Assembly: GCA_963733095.1 (NCBI GenBank) | Contig: CAVTBV010000002.1 | Location: 1-64,000, forward strand | Origin: Candidatus Bathyarchaeota archaeon | Lineage (GTDB): Archaea > Thermoproteota > Bathyarchaeia > Bathyarchaeales > Bathycorpusculaceae | Length of the DNA: 64,000 nucleotides | Direction: 5' to 3' | Shown: positions 53,478 to 63,753 of the stretch, one piece after another | Position numbering within the stretch: the first letter of the stretch is position 1 | Layout: every line of letters starts with the position of its first letter | Notes under the pieces: generated by a model | Told to the model about the DNA's origin: nothing | Seen by the model: only the letters and a program-made list of their open reading frames with translations | Databases searched by the model: none | Made by a program: the position numbers and the translations under genes

Positions 53478-53820
53478 CGCGAAAGCTTTGGCGATGGATT
53501 AAAATTTAATCCAACCAACCAACCATATGAATGTTAACGATGGTTGCCTATGTTTTGTAAAAAACAGATGGTTAGGTTATGGGTGTATACTGGATTCTGT
53601 AGGTATAGGATATGGATATAGATAGTAGATAGATAGTATCGAAATCGAGTATACACTTACGCTAAGTGAAAATAAGCCGTTCTAAACCTAAAGACAAGTG
53701 TTAAAAGTACTAGCATCTCAATAAAAACTACTCTCAAAATAATCAAAGCTAATTAGCTCAAGAAAGTTTGACTAATCCCAGTAAAGAAACTTTTACGAAT
53801 AGCCTTATATTTCAAACGAT

Positions 53821-54906
53821 TTGAAATTGGTTATGGTAATAGCCGTGATTAAGAAATTAATCATTGTATTGTTGTGCCTTCTAATGCTCTGCGTTTATGG
53901 GTTTTCTAATCCTGCAAGAGCACAGTCTGAATATGTTGGAGTTCTAACGATTAATCCTGACGGCAGCATGAGCCCCGTTATACCTCAGATTAAGCAAACT
54001 GGCAACAACTATGAACTAACAACGGATGTTAAGGCACAAATTCAAATCTTCATCCACAAAAGTGACATAGTTTTCGACGGACACGGTCACGTTTTAGGTG
54101 ACGGCAAAACTGGAAACATAATGATTGGAAATTATGAAGGACCGGTGTGCTCTAATGTGACTATTAAGAACTCCATCCTTAATCAGACAGTTACAAATCC
54201 CATTTCAATTTATAATTCAGTTAATGTAACTATTGAAAACAATACGGTAACTGGAAGTTACATTATTTTTGGGCAGACAACTGGAATTTTTCTTAGGAAC
54301 AGCAATTCATCAAAAATAATTGGAAACACTATACAGGGCACTATGTGTGGCATCGATTTGATAAATAGCCGAGATAATTCAATTGTAGGGAACACTGTTC
54401 ACGCTATTAGTGATTGGACATGGAATCATTTTCCAGCCGCAATAATGCTTGACATATACTATGCTGAAATCGATACTTATGCGTCTGGATCGTCAAATAA
54501 CCTGATTTATGGCAACGCTTTTTCAAGTAACAGAAATTTGACAGCGATAAATGGTTATCCAAACAATTTGTGGGATAATGGCAGTATCGGAAACTATTGG
54601 AGTGACTATTCAATAAGGTATCCAAACGCAACCGAAGTTGATTCTACAGGGATAGGAAATACACCGTACGTTATTAATGAAAGCAACGTTGACCACTACC
54701 CCCTCACTCAACCCGAAGATATTAACTCAGTAATTCCAACCCCAACTCCTTCTGTTCCAGAATTTTCTTGGTTGATGATTACACCCCTATTCCTTTCAAT
54801 ACTCTCCGTTGTAGTGCTATTAAGAAAGAGAATGTTTGGCGGTTCACACAACAATATAGCTAACCTTCCATCATTTTCAAATAACAAATTAGTTGAACCA
54901 AAATGA
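53821..54906 (+). CDS. Parallel beta-helix (NosD-like) surface protein with PEF-CTERM-type anchor
   Basis: NNTV/GNTI repeats, GNYWSDY..DSTGIG..DHYPL; VPEFSW plus TM plus RKR. Confidence 0.85.
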   Translation: MKLVMVIAVIKKLIIVLLCLLMLCVYGFSNPARAQSEYVGVLTINPDGSMSPVIPQIKQTGNNYELTTDVKAQIQIFIHKSDIVFDGHGHVLGDGKTGNIMIGNYEGPVCSNVTIKNSILNQTVTNPISIYNSVNVTIENNTVTGSYIIFGQTTGIFLRNSNSSKIIGNTIQGTMCGIDLINSRDNSIVGNTVHAISDWTWNHFPAAIMLDIYYAEIDTYASGSSNNLIYGNAFSSNRNLTAINGYPNNLWDNGSIGNYWSDYSIRYPNATEVDSTGIGNTPYVINESNVDHYPLTQPEDINSVIPTPTPSVPEFSWLMITPLFLSILSVVVLLRKRMFGGSHNNIANLPSFSNNKLVEPK

Positions 54907-55724
54907 AGAAAACAGTAAGCATCGTCCTGATTTTGATTTCACTCATAATGGTAAGTCTATTTTGCAATCTACCTATTGAGGCTCAAACTCAAAATGTAGA
55001 ACCATTGTTTTCAAAAAACCTATTTAATGTTGAATTGTTATACGCTTATGTTCAATCTGGTGCTAAGACTGCAGTTGCCATCGTCAACTTCACCAAAGCT
55101 CTCGATGCCACTCTATCGAATTATTCAGGTGTGACCGAAATCTATACTGTCCATGTTTTTTCAGAAGGTAACCTTGTAAGTGGAAATACGAAAATTGGGG
55201 GAATAGTTGGTAACAGCTCAGTACCAGGGAATATTCTTTTAGATTTAGGTATGGATGGGAGTTTCTCTTCCAGATTCAATGTTGGTTTGGAGACTTTTAC
55301 AATTTACTACAGGTTTACCGATTACCCCGTTTTGAATGAACCTATCTCGGTAAGTCTGATTAGACTTGGTTGGATTACTTCTCAGGGCAACAATTCTGAA
55401 GTTCACATTTCAAGCCAAGACCAAGAAACGATTAAGCAAGTAGAACTTTCAAAGTACGAACATGGCTTCCTATACAACACTCTACTCTCACAAGAACAGC
55501 TTACAAGACTCGACCCTTTCAAGCCCTTAGCTTCTTACAATACGACACCTCTACCAAGTCCAACTCCTTCTGTTCCAGAATTTTCTTGGTTGATTATTCT
55601 ACAACTATTCCTTGCCATACTCTCTATTGTTGTCCTAATTAGAAAGAGCAAGTATCTTGGCTTAAGTCAGAACAACTATTCACTGAGAAAGTGGAAATGT
55701 TTGAGGTTTCTCAATACAATTTAG
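54903..55724 (+). CDS. Surface protein with PEF-CTERM-type anchor
   Basis: Signal peptide; VPEFSW plus TM plus RKSK. Confidence 0.8.
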   Translation: MKKTVSIVLILISLIMVSLFCNLPIEAQTQNVEPLFSKNLFNVELLYAYVQSGAKTAVAIVNFTKALDATLSNYSGVTEIYTVHVFSEGNLVSGNTKIGGIVGNSSVPGNILLDLGMDGSFSSRFNVGLETFTIYYRFTDYPVLNEPISVSLIRLGWITSQGNNSEVHISSQDQETIKQVELSKYEHGFLYNTLLSQEQLTRLDPFKPLASYNTTPLPSPTPSVPEFSWLIILQLFLAILSIVVLIRKSKYLGLSQNNYSLRKWKCLRFLNTI

Positions 55725-55839
55725 TTAAAGAAACTTTAACTATTATTGTGTTCCAGTTTGGAACAACCCACTGTTTGCTTGTTCTTTGAATAGAACTATA
55801 AGCTGTTGCCTCTGTTAATTATTTAGATGAAGTAAGAAA

Positions 55840-56532
55840 ATGCAAAAAATAAGACTTGCCTTTGCTATACTAACTTCTGTTTTAGTGATAATTTTCTTAA
55901 TGCAAACCATAGCTCAAGTGACAGTGGTGGACGCTAATCCTATCCCTTATCCCGCTACCCCAAGTACCGAGCTACCTGATTTAACTGTTCAAAATCCAGA
56001 CGCCACTTCACTCCTATACGCTAACAACACTTTGGAACTCCACTTTAACGTCACTAAACCCCAATCTTGGAACTCATACTACCATAATGTGGCTCCCCTT
56101 GTTGGAGTAGCATGGGTCTACCTCTATCTCGACGGCGTAATTAATCAAACCTATCCAGCGAAATATGACACCCTCGACCAATACACTACTGTCTTAGCAA
56201 ACTTAACCCAACAACAGCACACCGTTTGGATAGACGTCTACTGTTTACTATACTCCCAACTCGGATTTTCAAACGCGAGTGTCAGCCAAACATTAACCTT
56301 TACAATTAATGCTCAAAAACAAACGATTGCCTTTCATGAAGACCCCATTGTGACATCCCGACCAGCTATAGATTCAACAGTAGCTCCCAGCCCTCCACCG
56401 CCAACACCAACCCCGACAACCACGCCAACATCGACCGTTCCAGAGTTTTCTTGGCTGATAATTATACCACTATTCCTTTCAACATTTTTTATTGTAGTCT
56501 TATTTACAAAGAGAAAGTTGAGTAATAACTAA
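55840..56532 (+). CDS. Surface protein with PEF-CTERM-type anchor
   Basis: Signal peptide; VPEFSW plus TM plus KRK. Confidence 0.8.
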   Translation: MQKIRLAFAILTSVLVIIFLMQTIAQVTVVDANPIPYPATPSTELPDLTVQNPDATSLLYANNTLELHFNVTKPQSWNSYYHNVAPLVGVAWVYLYLDGVINQTYPAKYDTLDQYTTVLANLTQQQHTVWIDVYCLLYSQLGFSNASVSQTLTFTINAQKQTIAFHEDPIVTSRPAIDSTVAPSPPPPTPTPTTTPTSTVPEFSWLIIIPLFLSTFFIVVLFTKRKLSNN

Positions 56533-56919
56533 TCTTCCTATTCTTTTGTTCGTCTGTCTGTTTGTTTGATAGATTGATTGATTGTTTTAGGGGGGGAGTA
56601 AGAGAGAGAGAGTAAGAATAAAGTAGTGGTAGTCGTAGCGTTTGGGTTTGGGTTTGGGGATTAAAATTTAGTCTTTCTCTCTCTAACTCATACGCTTACG
56701 AATACAAACGTACTCTCTCACTCACGCACCCGCGTGCGCGCCTAACGTGTCTGTCTATCACTGCACTGACTGTCTCTAAATTCCTAATTAAACAATCTCC
56801 CTTTCTCAGAAAAAACAAAGATAGCAAGTCTTAAGAGTTAATTTGGCTGATTAAAAACTATGGCAGAAATGATTATAGCTCTATCGACAGGTTCTTTTAC
56901 TGTTAGGTGAGTTAACTAA

Positions 56920-57765
56920 TTGGATTCCAAGAAACCCAACATTGTAACAAAAAAAATCAAAACTGTCAGTGCTGAAGAAGTAGCTGATTTGTTTAAACGA
57001 AAACAAATGGTTACAACATCTCGCTGGATCACTTTTTCTTTAGAGAATACGTTACCAACGGAACAAGATTTGTTTGATTTGCTTGATACTCTGAAAATAG
57101 AGGTCCGAACATACAGACAAGAATACTGCCAAGACTCAGATTTCAAGGAGAGTTGCTATCAGTTTATTTGGGAAACAATAATAGGTGCGCTTACTAGTGA
57201 CGTTAAAAAATTCAATAAATTAACTGGAGAATTAATCCCAATTATAAGTAGAATTATTCAAACAAATATGGTATTGGAAGATATTGTAAAAGTGGCTGAG
57301 AAACTCGAAATGAAACCCAAGTATTACATGATTTGTTTTTATTTCTTAATATTGATGGAAGGTAGTTTCAAGAATGTCTTGAAGAATCTTCGAGCAATGA
57401 AGGGAATTTCCTCTGGAAAAGACGTCTCAATAACTGAGACTCTGGGAGTGCAATTCGAAAAAACTATTGAAGGAGAAAATGACTTCAAAAATGCCTTGCC
57501 AAACAGATTAAAAAATGGAATCCATAATAATTTAAGGAATTCAATTGCACATGGAAATTTCCAATATAGTGATGAAGAGAATAAAATCGAATTTTGGGAT
57601 TTGCTCCCTAGGACACATCAATATACTCTAAAACCTACAAAACTCACATTTGAGGAATTCTCGAGATATATAGTGGAAATAAACCTCTTTTGTGAGATCT
57701 TCGGTTTCATAATCTTGTCTTTACTAGCTGTAGAAGATATTAGAATACGTCGTCGCATTAAATGA
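56920..57765 (+). CDS. Hypothetical protein with HEPN-like RxxxxH motif
   Basis: LRNSIAHG preceded by the helical LMEG segment. Confidence 0.55.
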   Translation: MDSKKPNIVTKKIKTVSAEEVADLFKRKQMVTTSRWITFSLENTLPTEQDLFDLLDTLKIEVRTYRQEYCQDSDFKESCYQFIWETIIGALTSDVKKFNKLTGELIPIISRIIQTNMVLEDIVKVAEKLEMKPKYYMICFYFLILMEGSFKNVLKNLRAMKGISSGKDVSITETLGVQFEKTIEGENDFKNALPNRLKNGIHNNLRNSIAHGNFQYSDEENKIEFWDLLPRTHQYTLKPTKLTFEEFSRYIVEINLFCEIFGFIILSLLAVEDIRIRRRIK

Positions 57766-57862
57766 TCGGTTGGAATTTGTGTGTGTTTTATATTTTTGTT
57801 TTTGTTGAGAGAGTGTTAGATAGAGAGGTTTCTTAATCTCAAACTTTTTCATCTCTCAAAGC

Positions 57863-58573
57863 TTACCATAAGAACAAAATCAGAAGAAAAGCTACGACTA
57901 ATGACGAGGCGAAAACAACAAAATGCCCAACGTTTTTATTGCACGGATATTTGGGGTCTGAAAAAGAAATAAACCATGTTATTGGCAACCAGAGAACCTT
58001 GCTCTCATGAGACAATCTTGAAGCGGCTATTTCTATAACCCACATGGCTCTATTTCTGTATGCCTTTAAATCGTCTTCATCTTTCGCATAGTCAACGACC
58101 ACTTGCCTTGCATCTTTTGTTGTTATATAGGCAGCCTCACTACTCAGAGTTCCAAAAACAGCAAATCTAAAAATTGCCCGAAGGATAAGAAAAATAATGA
58201 TTGATACACCCATAAACAAGAAAATAACTTTTAAAAAATCCCATAGCTGAGGACTATTGCCGAACACTATTATTGTTGGAAAGTTAGCGAATATTTCACT
58301 CAATTTTGAAACCTTAGATGCTTGAGCTAATCCCAAAAGAGTAAAGAGACCAGTAACAAAACCAATTAACCGAATAGCCTGAGAGTTCTGCAGTGTAGTA
58401 TAATGTTCAAAAAGACTCTTTTTCAAATCTTCCAAGGGGTCTTTGCCATCGTTGTCTTTCCATAGCGCTTGTATCTTGTCATCTGTTAGTTTAAAATGGT
58501 CTACCAACATCTCCACCGATTGACCGTATATGTTGATGAGCGCTTTTATGCTTTTATTATGGAAGTGATTCAA
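57863..58573 (-). CDS. Membrane protein
   Basis: Three hydrophobic segments. Confidence 0.55.
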   Translation of the reverse strand: MNHFHNKSIKALINIYGQSVEMLVDHFKLTDDKIQALWKDNDGKDPLEDLKKSLFEHYTTLQNSQAIRLIGFVTGLFTLLGLAQASKVSKLSEIFANFPTIIVFGNSPQLWDFLKVIFLFMGVSIIIFLILRAIFRFAVFGTLSSEAAYITTKDARQVVVDYAKDEDDLKAYRNRAMWVIEIAASRLSHESKVLWLPITWFISFSDPKYPCNKNVGHFVVFASSLVVAFLLILFLW

Positions 58574-58912
58574 AAATAGAAGTTTAGAAAACAGGTGCCC
58601 CTTGAAGGAAAAAAGCTATCTAATTACCTGACTATTTTAAAATTTGGGAGTCTTGGAACCCAGTCTTTTCGTTCATTTCTTAGAAATTTTGCAAACAAAA
58701 GAGCCTCTTCGCAAATAAGAGTATCAATTGTTTGTCTTTTTCCAACTTGATTCTTTCAACATCAACCATGCGCCCAAAGAAAGCGTATGTTTAGAAAAAG
58801 CAGACCAACCAAAGGAAAACAAATAGGCTATTGTTTAGATTAACAACTGCTATGGGAATTTATCCTTAAACCCTACAAGCGGTAAAATGGCTTCAAGACT
58901 GGGGAGTGAAGA

Positions 58913-59089
58913 ATGAAGCCAAAAGTCACAAAGAAAAAACGCGCTAAAATCTTAATGACTGAATTGGAATTGGCAAACAGCGCCTTACTAAATGAACAAC
59001 TCTACAAGGAAATAGGTGCTTACAAGGAACATAAGAAACTTCGAAAACAAATTCATTGCCGCCAAAGCTGGAAGGAGTACACAAGATAA
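58913..59089 (+). CDS. Small basic hypothetical protein (58 aa, not in track)
   Basis: GGGGAGTGA RBS; MKPKVTKKKRAKIL... Confidence 0.45.
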   Translation: MKPKVTKKKRAKILMTELELANSALLNEQLYKEIGAYKEHKKLRKQIHCRQSWKEYTR

Positions 59090-59091
59090 TA

Positions 59092-59232
59092 ATGAAACGC
59101 ACTTATGTTATGCGGCAAGCAAAAGTAACCCGGTGCAACAACCCAGAATGCCCAGTTTGCCATGTTTTAATCAAAAAAAGGCGACATAGTTTTTGTTTCT
59201 GCAACCGGAAAAATCAAGCACCAAAACTGTGA
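59092..59232 (+). CDS. Small Cys-rich protein, possibly frameshifted
   Basis: RCNNPECPVCH; closely spaced with its neighbours. Confidence 0.4.
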   Translation: MKRTYVMRQAKVTRCNNPECPVCHVLIKKRRHSFCFCNRKNQAPKL

Positions 59233-59238
59233 TGAGAG

Positions 59239-59547
59239 GTGCCTAATATAACAAACCAAGCTAACAAATGGGCAAAACACCGCAAACCCGCTTTAATCCG
59301 TAAAGTTTCCCCTAGCAAACATGGCTGTCAACACCGAGGATGCAAAGAAAAACGCGCAAGTAAACTGCAATTTGCACACATCAAACAAACCCCAATTAGC
59401 CGCACAGGTCCACGCGGCAGAAAAGAAAAATGGGCAGACATCAACAAGCACCCACAAGCCTATCGTGTCGAATGCCACAAACACCATTTAACTGATAAAG
59501 CCCCAGCTAAGCATGATGAAAGAATGCGGAGACTTGGACACCACTAA
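59239..59547 (+). CDS. HNH-like Zn-binding protein
   Basis: CQHRGC..LQFAHI..VECHKHH. Confidence 0.55.
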   Translation: MPNITNQANKWAKHRKPALIRKVSPSKHGCQHRGCKEKRASKLQFAHIKQTPISRTGPRGRKEKWADINKHPQAYRVECHKHHLTDKAPAKHDERMRRLGHH

Positions 59548-59766
59548 TTTTGTTTAGGGATATGCCGAATTATATATGTTACTTATACAACGGTAAATAA
59601 GGCTTATCCTGCCTCCTTTTCCCAAAAACCTCTTTTTCCGAACCATTAATTACCCTATACTCTAATAATGGGTAAAAGGGTTTAATTTTCGGGTTCTTTC
59701 TAATCTTTAGTTGGTTGAATATCAAACGGAGAAGCATAAAGTAATATCTGAAAGGATGGCACCATA

Positions 59767-60432
59767 CTAACTCAACTTATCCCATTCAACCTTAAACGAT
59801 TGTAGTTCTTTAAACGCAGCTTCTTTTTTAACCATTTCCATCTTGAGGCACTTATCAAGGAAGGTATTAAGCTCTGGATCATGCTTACAAATATTCAACA
59901 AAATTTCGCTTTCACTTACATGCAACGTAAGCACTTTCATAAGAATAAATGCGTCAATTGAATCCCAATCAAGAACCAGAAGACTAGCTTCTTGATCTTT
60001 TTCTACAGGTTTCATATATTCGACAAAAGGATGCAAACGACCATTATTGAAATTGTTGATTGCCATTGTTAATATTCTTAGCAAACATTCGTCTATCTTG
60101 GCTTGTTTAAACAGATACCACTTTTTGAAAAGCAGCGCCTTATCCTGGTATTTGACCATAACGAGCTCAATATCAGTAAGTCTAATCTGACCGAGAACAA
60201 AGAACAAACCTTCAGAGGTTAAACTTAGAATCCTTTTATCTTTACCGCCTTTTTGTGATCGTTCTTCACGAAAAGAAATCAATCCTTCTTTAATGAGGCA
60301 GTGAACATGCTTAACTATTGTCGGATAAGCTAATTTTGTTTCTTTTTTCATATCACTCTGTTTAAATTCTACATGGGTCAAGAAGGGCTTTAGTATTCTT
60401 GTTACTGAATCTTCTTCTGATTTTCGGCTCAT
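59767..60432 (-). CDS. Winged-HTH regulator
   Basis: TKLAYPTIVKHVHCLIKEGLI..ILSLTSEG. Confidence 0.7.
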   Translation of the reverse strand: MSRKSEEDSVTRILKPFLTHVEFKQSDMKKETKLAYPTIVKHVHCLIKEGLISFREERSQKGGKDKRILSLTSEGLFFVLGQIRLTDIELVMVKYQDKALLFKKWYLFKQAKIDECLLRILTMAINNFNNGRLHPFVEYMKPVEKDQEASLLVLDWDSIDAFILMKVLTLHVSESEILLNICKHDPELNTFLDKCLKMEMVKKEAAFKELQSFKVEWDKLS

Positions 60433-60517
60433 ATCAATATCACGATTAATTTAATGATATTTACGTTAGTGTTAATATTATTCAGGTATATAGTCATTAT
60501 GTAAGGTATATGTAAAA

Positions 60518-60703
60518 ATGACGGAAAAAGAAAAAATCAAATGGTGCATTCCAGTTACAAAAACCTTAGATCATGCGCTAGAGCAAGCCGTTACTTTCGA
60601 CAGCCATAGTAGCAAGAGCGAATTTGTCAGGGACGCCGTTAGACGGCGACTTGAACAAATGGGCTTCAATCCTCAAGTTTTTGAACAGAAAAAAGAGGTG
60701 TAA
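60518..60703 (+). CDS. Ribbon-helix-helix (CopG-like) protein
   Basis: SKSEFVRDAVRRRL. Confidence 0.8.
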   Translation: MTEKEKIKWCIPVTKTLDHALEQAVTFDSHSSKSEFVRDAVRRRLEQMGFNPQVFEQKKEV

Positions 60704-60705
60704 GG

Positions 60706-60951
60706 ATGGTAAGAAATGATGGAATAGAAACTAGAAAGAACAGATTAAGAGAAATCCAAAAAATTGTCAATGCTATGCTTTATGAATATAAAGACCAGAA
60801 TTACGCGCCGCTAAAAAAGACCTTAGCCAAAATAATGTGGGAAGGCTACACTAAACCCAAAGCTATGGAATATCTCAACGTTCTAGTTGAAAACGAGATT
60901 TTTGAAATAGACGAAACCTTAGACCAAATAAAAAGACCTGCGATGGTTTGA
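60706..60951 (+). CDS. Hypothetical protein, possible wHTH
   Basis: GAGGTG RBS; GYTKPKAMEYLNVL. Confidence 0.55.
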   Translation: MVRNDGIETRKNRLREIQKIVNAMLYEYKDQNYAPLKKTLAKIMWEGYTKPKAMEYLNVLVENEIFEIDETLDQIKRPAMV

Positions 60952-61080
60952 GTGTATGTGTGTATGCGAATCTGTATTTGTATTAAGCTCTCGGACAGAT
61001 TGTCTTAAGGAAATCTTCTCTAGAGTTATGATATTCCGTTTCTTGAGTGTGCATGTGTGTTAGTGAGTGTGTAGTAGTGT

Positions 61081-62304
61081 ATGAGTGTATGGAGTGAAAA
61101 GAAGAAAGAAGAAACAAAGAACAATCACATACACTCACTCATACATATACACACTAACGCCCTTCAATGCCCCAAATGTTGCAGCACAAGAGTTTTCCAT
61201 GATGGTTTTAGACCCGCACCTTTAAACGCGGTTTCAAATGAGCCTATTCAACGCTACCGATGTGCAGATTATGGTCACCGCTGGAGTGAACACATTGTTT
61301 TAAATACTGTCAAAGACCATAAGGGAACCGACCAAATAAGCGCAAACATAGGTGCGAAAAATTTGGTATCTACACAGAAAATAAAAATCTGTGCGGAGAA
61401 GGAAAGAACACCAACTGAGAACGAGATAAAAGCTGTTCCGCAAATTGAGAAGCTGATTGATTCCTTAGAAGCCGATGGAAGAAAACAGGTAACTATAACC
61501 AATTATCGCAAGGCACTAAAACGGATGCTAAAGTCCGGTGCTGACCTATACGATCCAGAAAACACAAAAGCAGTCTTAGCAAAGTTGCCGTTAAAAGGTA
61601 CAAGCAAAAAGAGTATGACTGGCATTCTTTCAATATGGTTTGAATTTAATGGTATTAGCTGGAAACCGCCAACCTATACAGACACAGCAGAAACCCCATA
61701 TATCCCCGCAGAAGCAGAGATCGATCAACTCATAGCAGCATTAGGAAAAAAGACATCTACTTTTTGCCAAATTCTAAAAGACACTGGTGCAAGATGTGGC
61801 GAAATAACAAGGCTAAAATGGACTGACATAGACTTTGGGCAACGCAACGTAAGGATCAAAGCAGAAAAAGGCTCTAACTCAAGGACTCTGATATTATCAG
61901 TTAAAACCATAGAGATGCTTTGTAACTTGCCGAGAAAAGACGTTAGAATTTTTGCAGGAGATATGCATACAAACTTTTCATTGCAGCGTAACCGTATAGC
62001 TCAGAAATTAGCAAATCCGCAAATTAGACTAATCCACTTTCACACCTTCAGGCATTGGAAAGCTACGACACTGCAACATTCAACACACGATCCATGGCAC
62101 GTTAAAATGATTCTGGGACACAAAAGCATACAATCAACAGAAAATTATATCCACTTGGAAAAAATGCTGTATCAAAGCGAAGCTAACGATCAGTTTATCA
62201 TTAAAGTTGCAGACACATTGGACGAGGCTATAAAACTTGGCGAAGTAGGTTTTGAGCCTTACCTTAGAATAGAAGGGCATCAGCTTTTTAGGAAGCGAAA
62301 ATAG
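61081..62304 (+). CDS. Tyrosine recombinase/integrase with N-terminal Zn ribbon
   Basis: CPKCC..RYRC; DTGARCGE, HFHTFRHW, LGHKSIQSTENY; ends FRKRK. Confidence 0.92.
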   Translation: MSVWSEKKKEETKNNHIHSLIHIHTNALQCPKCCSTRVFHDGFRPAPLNAVSNEPIQRYRCADYGHRWSEHIVLNTVKDHKGTDQISANIGAKNLVSTQKIKICAEKERTPTENEIKAVPQIEKLIDSLEADGRKQVTITNYRKALKRMLKSGADLYDPENTKAVLAKLPLKGTSKKSMTGILSIWFEFNGISWKPPTYTDTAETPYIPAEAEIDQLIAALGKKTSTFCQILKDTGARCGEITRLKWTDIDFGQRNVRIKAEKGSNSRTLILSVKTIEMLCNLPRKDVRIFAGDMHTNFSLQRNRIAQKLANPQIRLIHFHTFRHWKATTLQHSTHDPWHVKMILGHKSIQSTENYIHLEKMLYQSEANDQFIIKVADTLDEAIKLGEVGFEPYLRIEGHQLFRKRK

Positions 62305-62406
62305 ATAATGCGGACAGTTGTAGTTTTTTATAAAAAAGAACTGTTTTATATAGGTATTAGCAAATTAATGTTGATAATTTAGTTCGTATTGTTGGATTGT
62401 GTCTAA

Positions 62407-63753
62407 ATGAGGAAGACCATCTTCAAAAAGCTCGAAGCGCAGGGACTGATTGCCAATTATAACCGTTTACGAAAGAATCTGCCGCCTAAGCTTCCCGACA
62501 AGGTGTTTATCTGGGATGAAACTTTTAGGGAAGGCATCAAGGCGCCGACGGTTTACTTAACGTATGTTGAGCAGGTTAGGCTTGCCAAGTTGATGGATGA
62601 AGCAGGCGTTGCCATAATTAACGTGGGTTTCCCCGCTTTATCGGAAGAAGAAAAACGTACAGTCAAGCGTATCGTTAACGAAACATTCACTTACTCTAAG
62701 CTTACCGCTTCAGCTGAAGCTACAAAGAACAGTGTTAACGCCTGTTTAGAATGCGGCATAAAGGACATAACTATCGAGTCGCCAATCAACGGATTAAACC
62801 TGCAATACAAGCTGAAACTTACCAAAGAGCAGGCGCTGCAGAGAATCGTTGAAAGCATCGAACACGCCAAAAAACACGGAACAAATGTGAACTTTATCCT
62901 CATGGATGCAACCCGCACCACCATTGAAGATATACTGCAGGTTTTTGAAGCAGCCGCTACCGCGGGTGCAACCAGATTGGGTGTGGCTGATAGCGTTGGT
63001 TTCATAAGGCCCCTCTCAATGCGTTATCTTATGTCACATATCCGTGATGGGTTGCCAGACGTTATAAGAAAGAAAGCCTCGCTTTCCATTCATTGCCACA
63101 ACGACTTCGGCTTAGCCTCAGCAAACACTTTAGCCGCCATGGAAGAAGGCGTACCTTACCTGCACACATGCATCGCGGGCTTTGGCGAACGCGCAGGTAT
63201 CGCACCATTCGAAGAAGTTGTCACCTCAGCCGAACTCCTCTACAACATCGACACAGGAATAGACCTTGGAAAAATCTATCGCCTTGCCCAATCCGCCGAA
63301 AAAGCATTCGCCCTGCCAATACAATTCCATAAACCCATAATCGGTGAAAACATCTTCACCCACGAAGTCGAAAATGAAGTCGAAGAAATGATGTCTCAAC
63401 CCCTCGTATTCGAACCGTTCCCTCCAGAAATCGTGGGCAGAGAAACCATGATATTCATCGGCAGAAACACTGGACAAACCCTAATCCAGAAACTCCTCGA
63501 AAATGCGGGTGTTCGCGCTTCCCCAAGACAAATGGACGAGCTCTTCCGACGCATCAAAGGACCCCAAGAAAGCCTCGACAAAGGCGAAGCTCAAATGACC
63601 TATTACCAAGTCAAAAAACTCATGAAAGAACTGCTCAAAGGCTACACGATGGATGAATTCTGGCGGCTAGTAGAGCTGGTAACAAGGCAAAAACCCAAAC
63701 TGCCACGAAACAACAAAAAGCCTGGGCAAACAGCTGACCAACTGTTATCTTAG
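62407..63753 (+). CDS. DRE-TIM alpha-isopropylmalate/homocitrate/citramalate synthase family protein
   Basis: DETFREG, HCHNDFG, GFGERAG; no LeuA regulatory domain. Confidence 0.85.
   Translation: MRKTIFKKLEAQGLIANYNRLRKNLPPKLPDKVFIWDETFREGIKAPTVYLTYVEQVRLAKLMDEAGVAIINVGFPALSEEEKRTVKRIVNETFTYSKLTASAEATKNSVNACLECGIKDITIESPINGLNLQYKLKLTKEQALQRIVESIEHAKKHGTNVNFILMDATRTTIEDILQVFEAAATAGATRLGVADSVGFIRPLSMRYLMSHIRDGLPDVIRKKASLSIHCHNDFGLASANTLAAMEEGVPYLHTCIAGFGERAGIAPFEEVVTSAELLYNIDTGIDLGKIYRLAQSAEKAFALPIQFHKPIIGENIFTHEVENEVEEMMSQPLVFEPFPPEIVGRETMIFIGRNTGQTLIQKLLENAGVRASPRQMDELFRRIKGPQESLDKGEAQMTYYQVKKLMKELLKGYTMDEFWRLVELVTRQKPKLPRNNKKPGQTADQLLS

Larger units (their letters stand above)
52960..62320. 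mobile_element. Putative integrated element/provirus remnant (ends approximate)
   Basis: Integrase, divergent wHTH/RHH pair, small Zn/HNH ORFs and HEPN-like cargo between core-like genes; no terminal repeat identified. Confidence 0.45.

Noticed and set aside
56644-56659. G-quadruplex or telomere-like GGGTTT repeat
   Set aside because: Only three adjacent G-tracts; too short to support a claim
62305-62400. att direct repeat for the 61081 integrase element
   Set aside because: No convincing matching repeat found near 52.9-53.3 kb by eye
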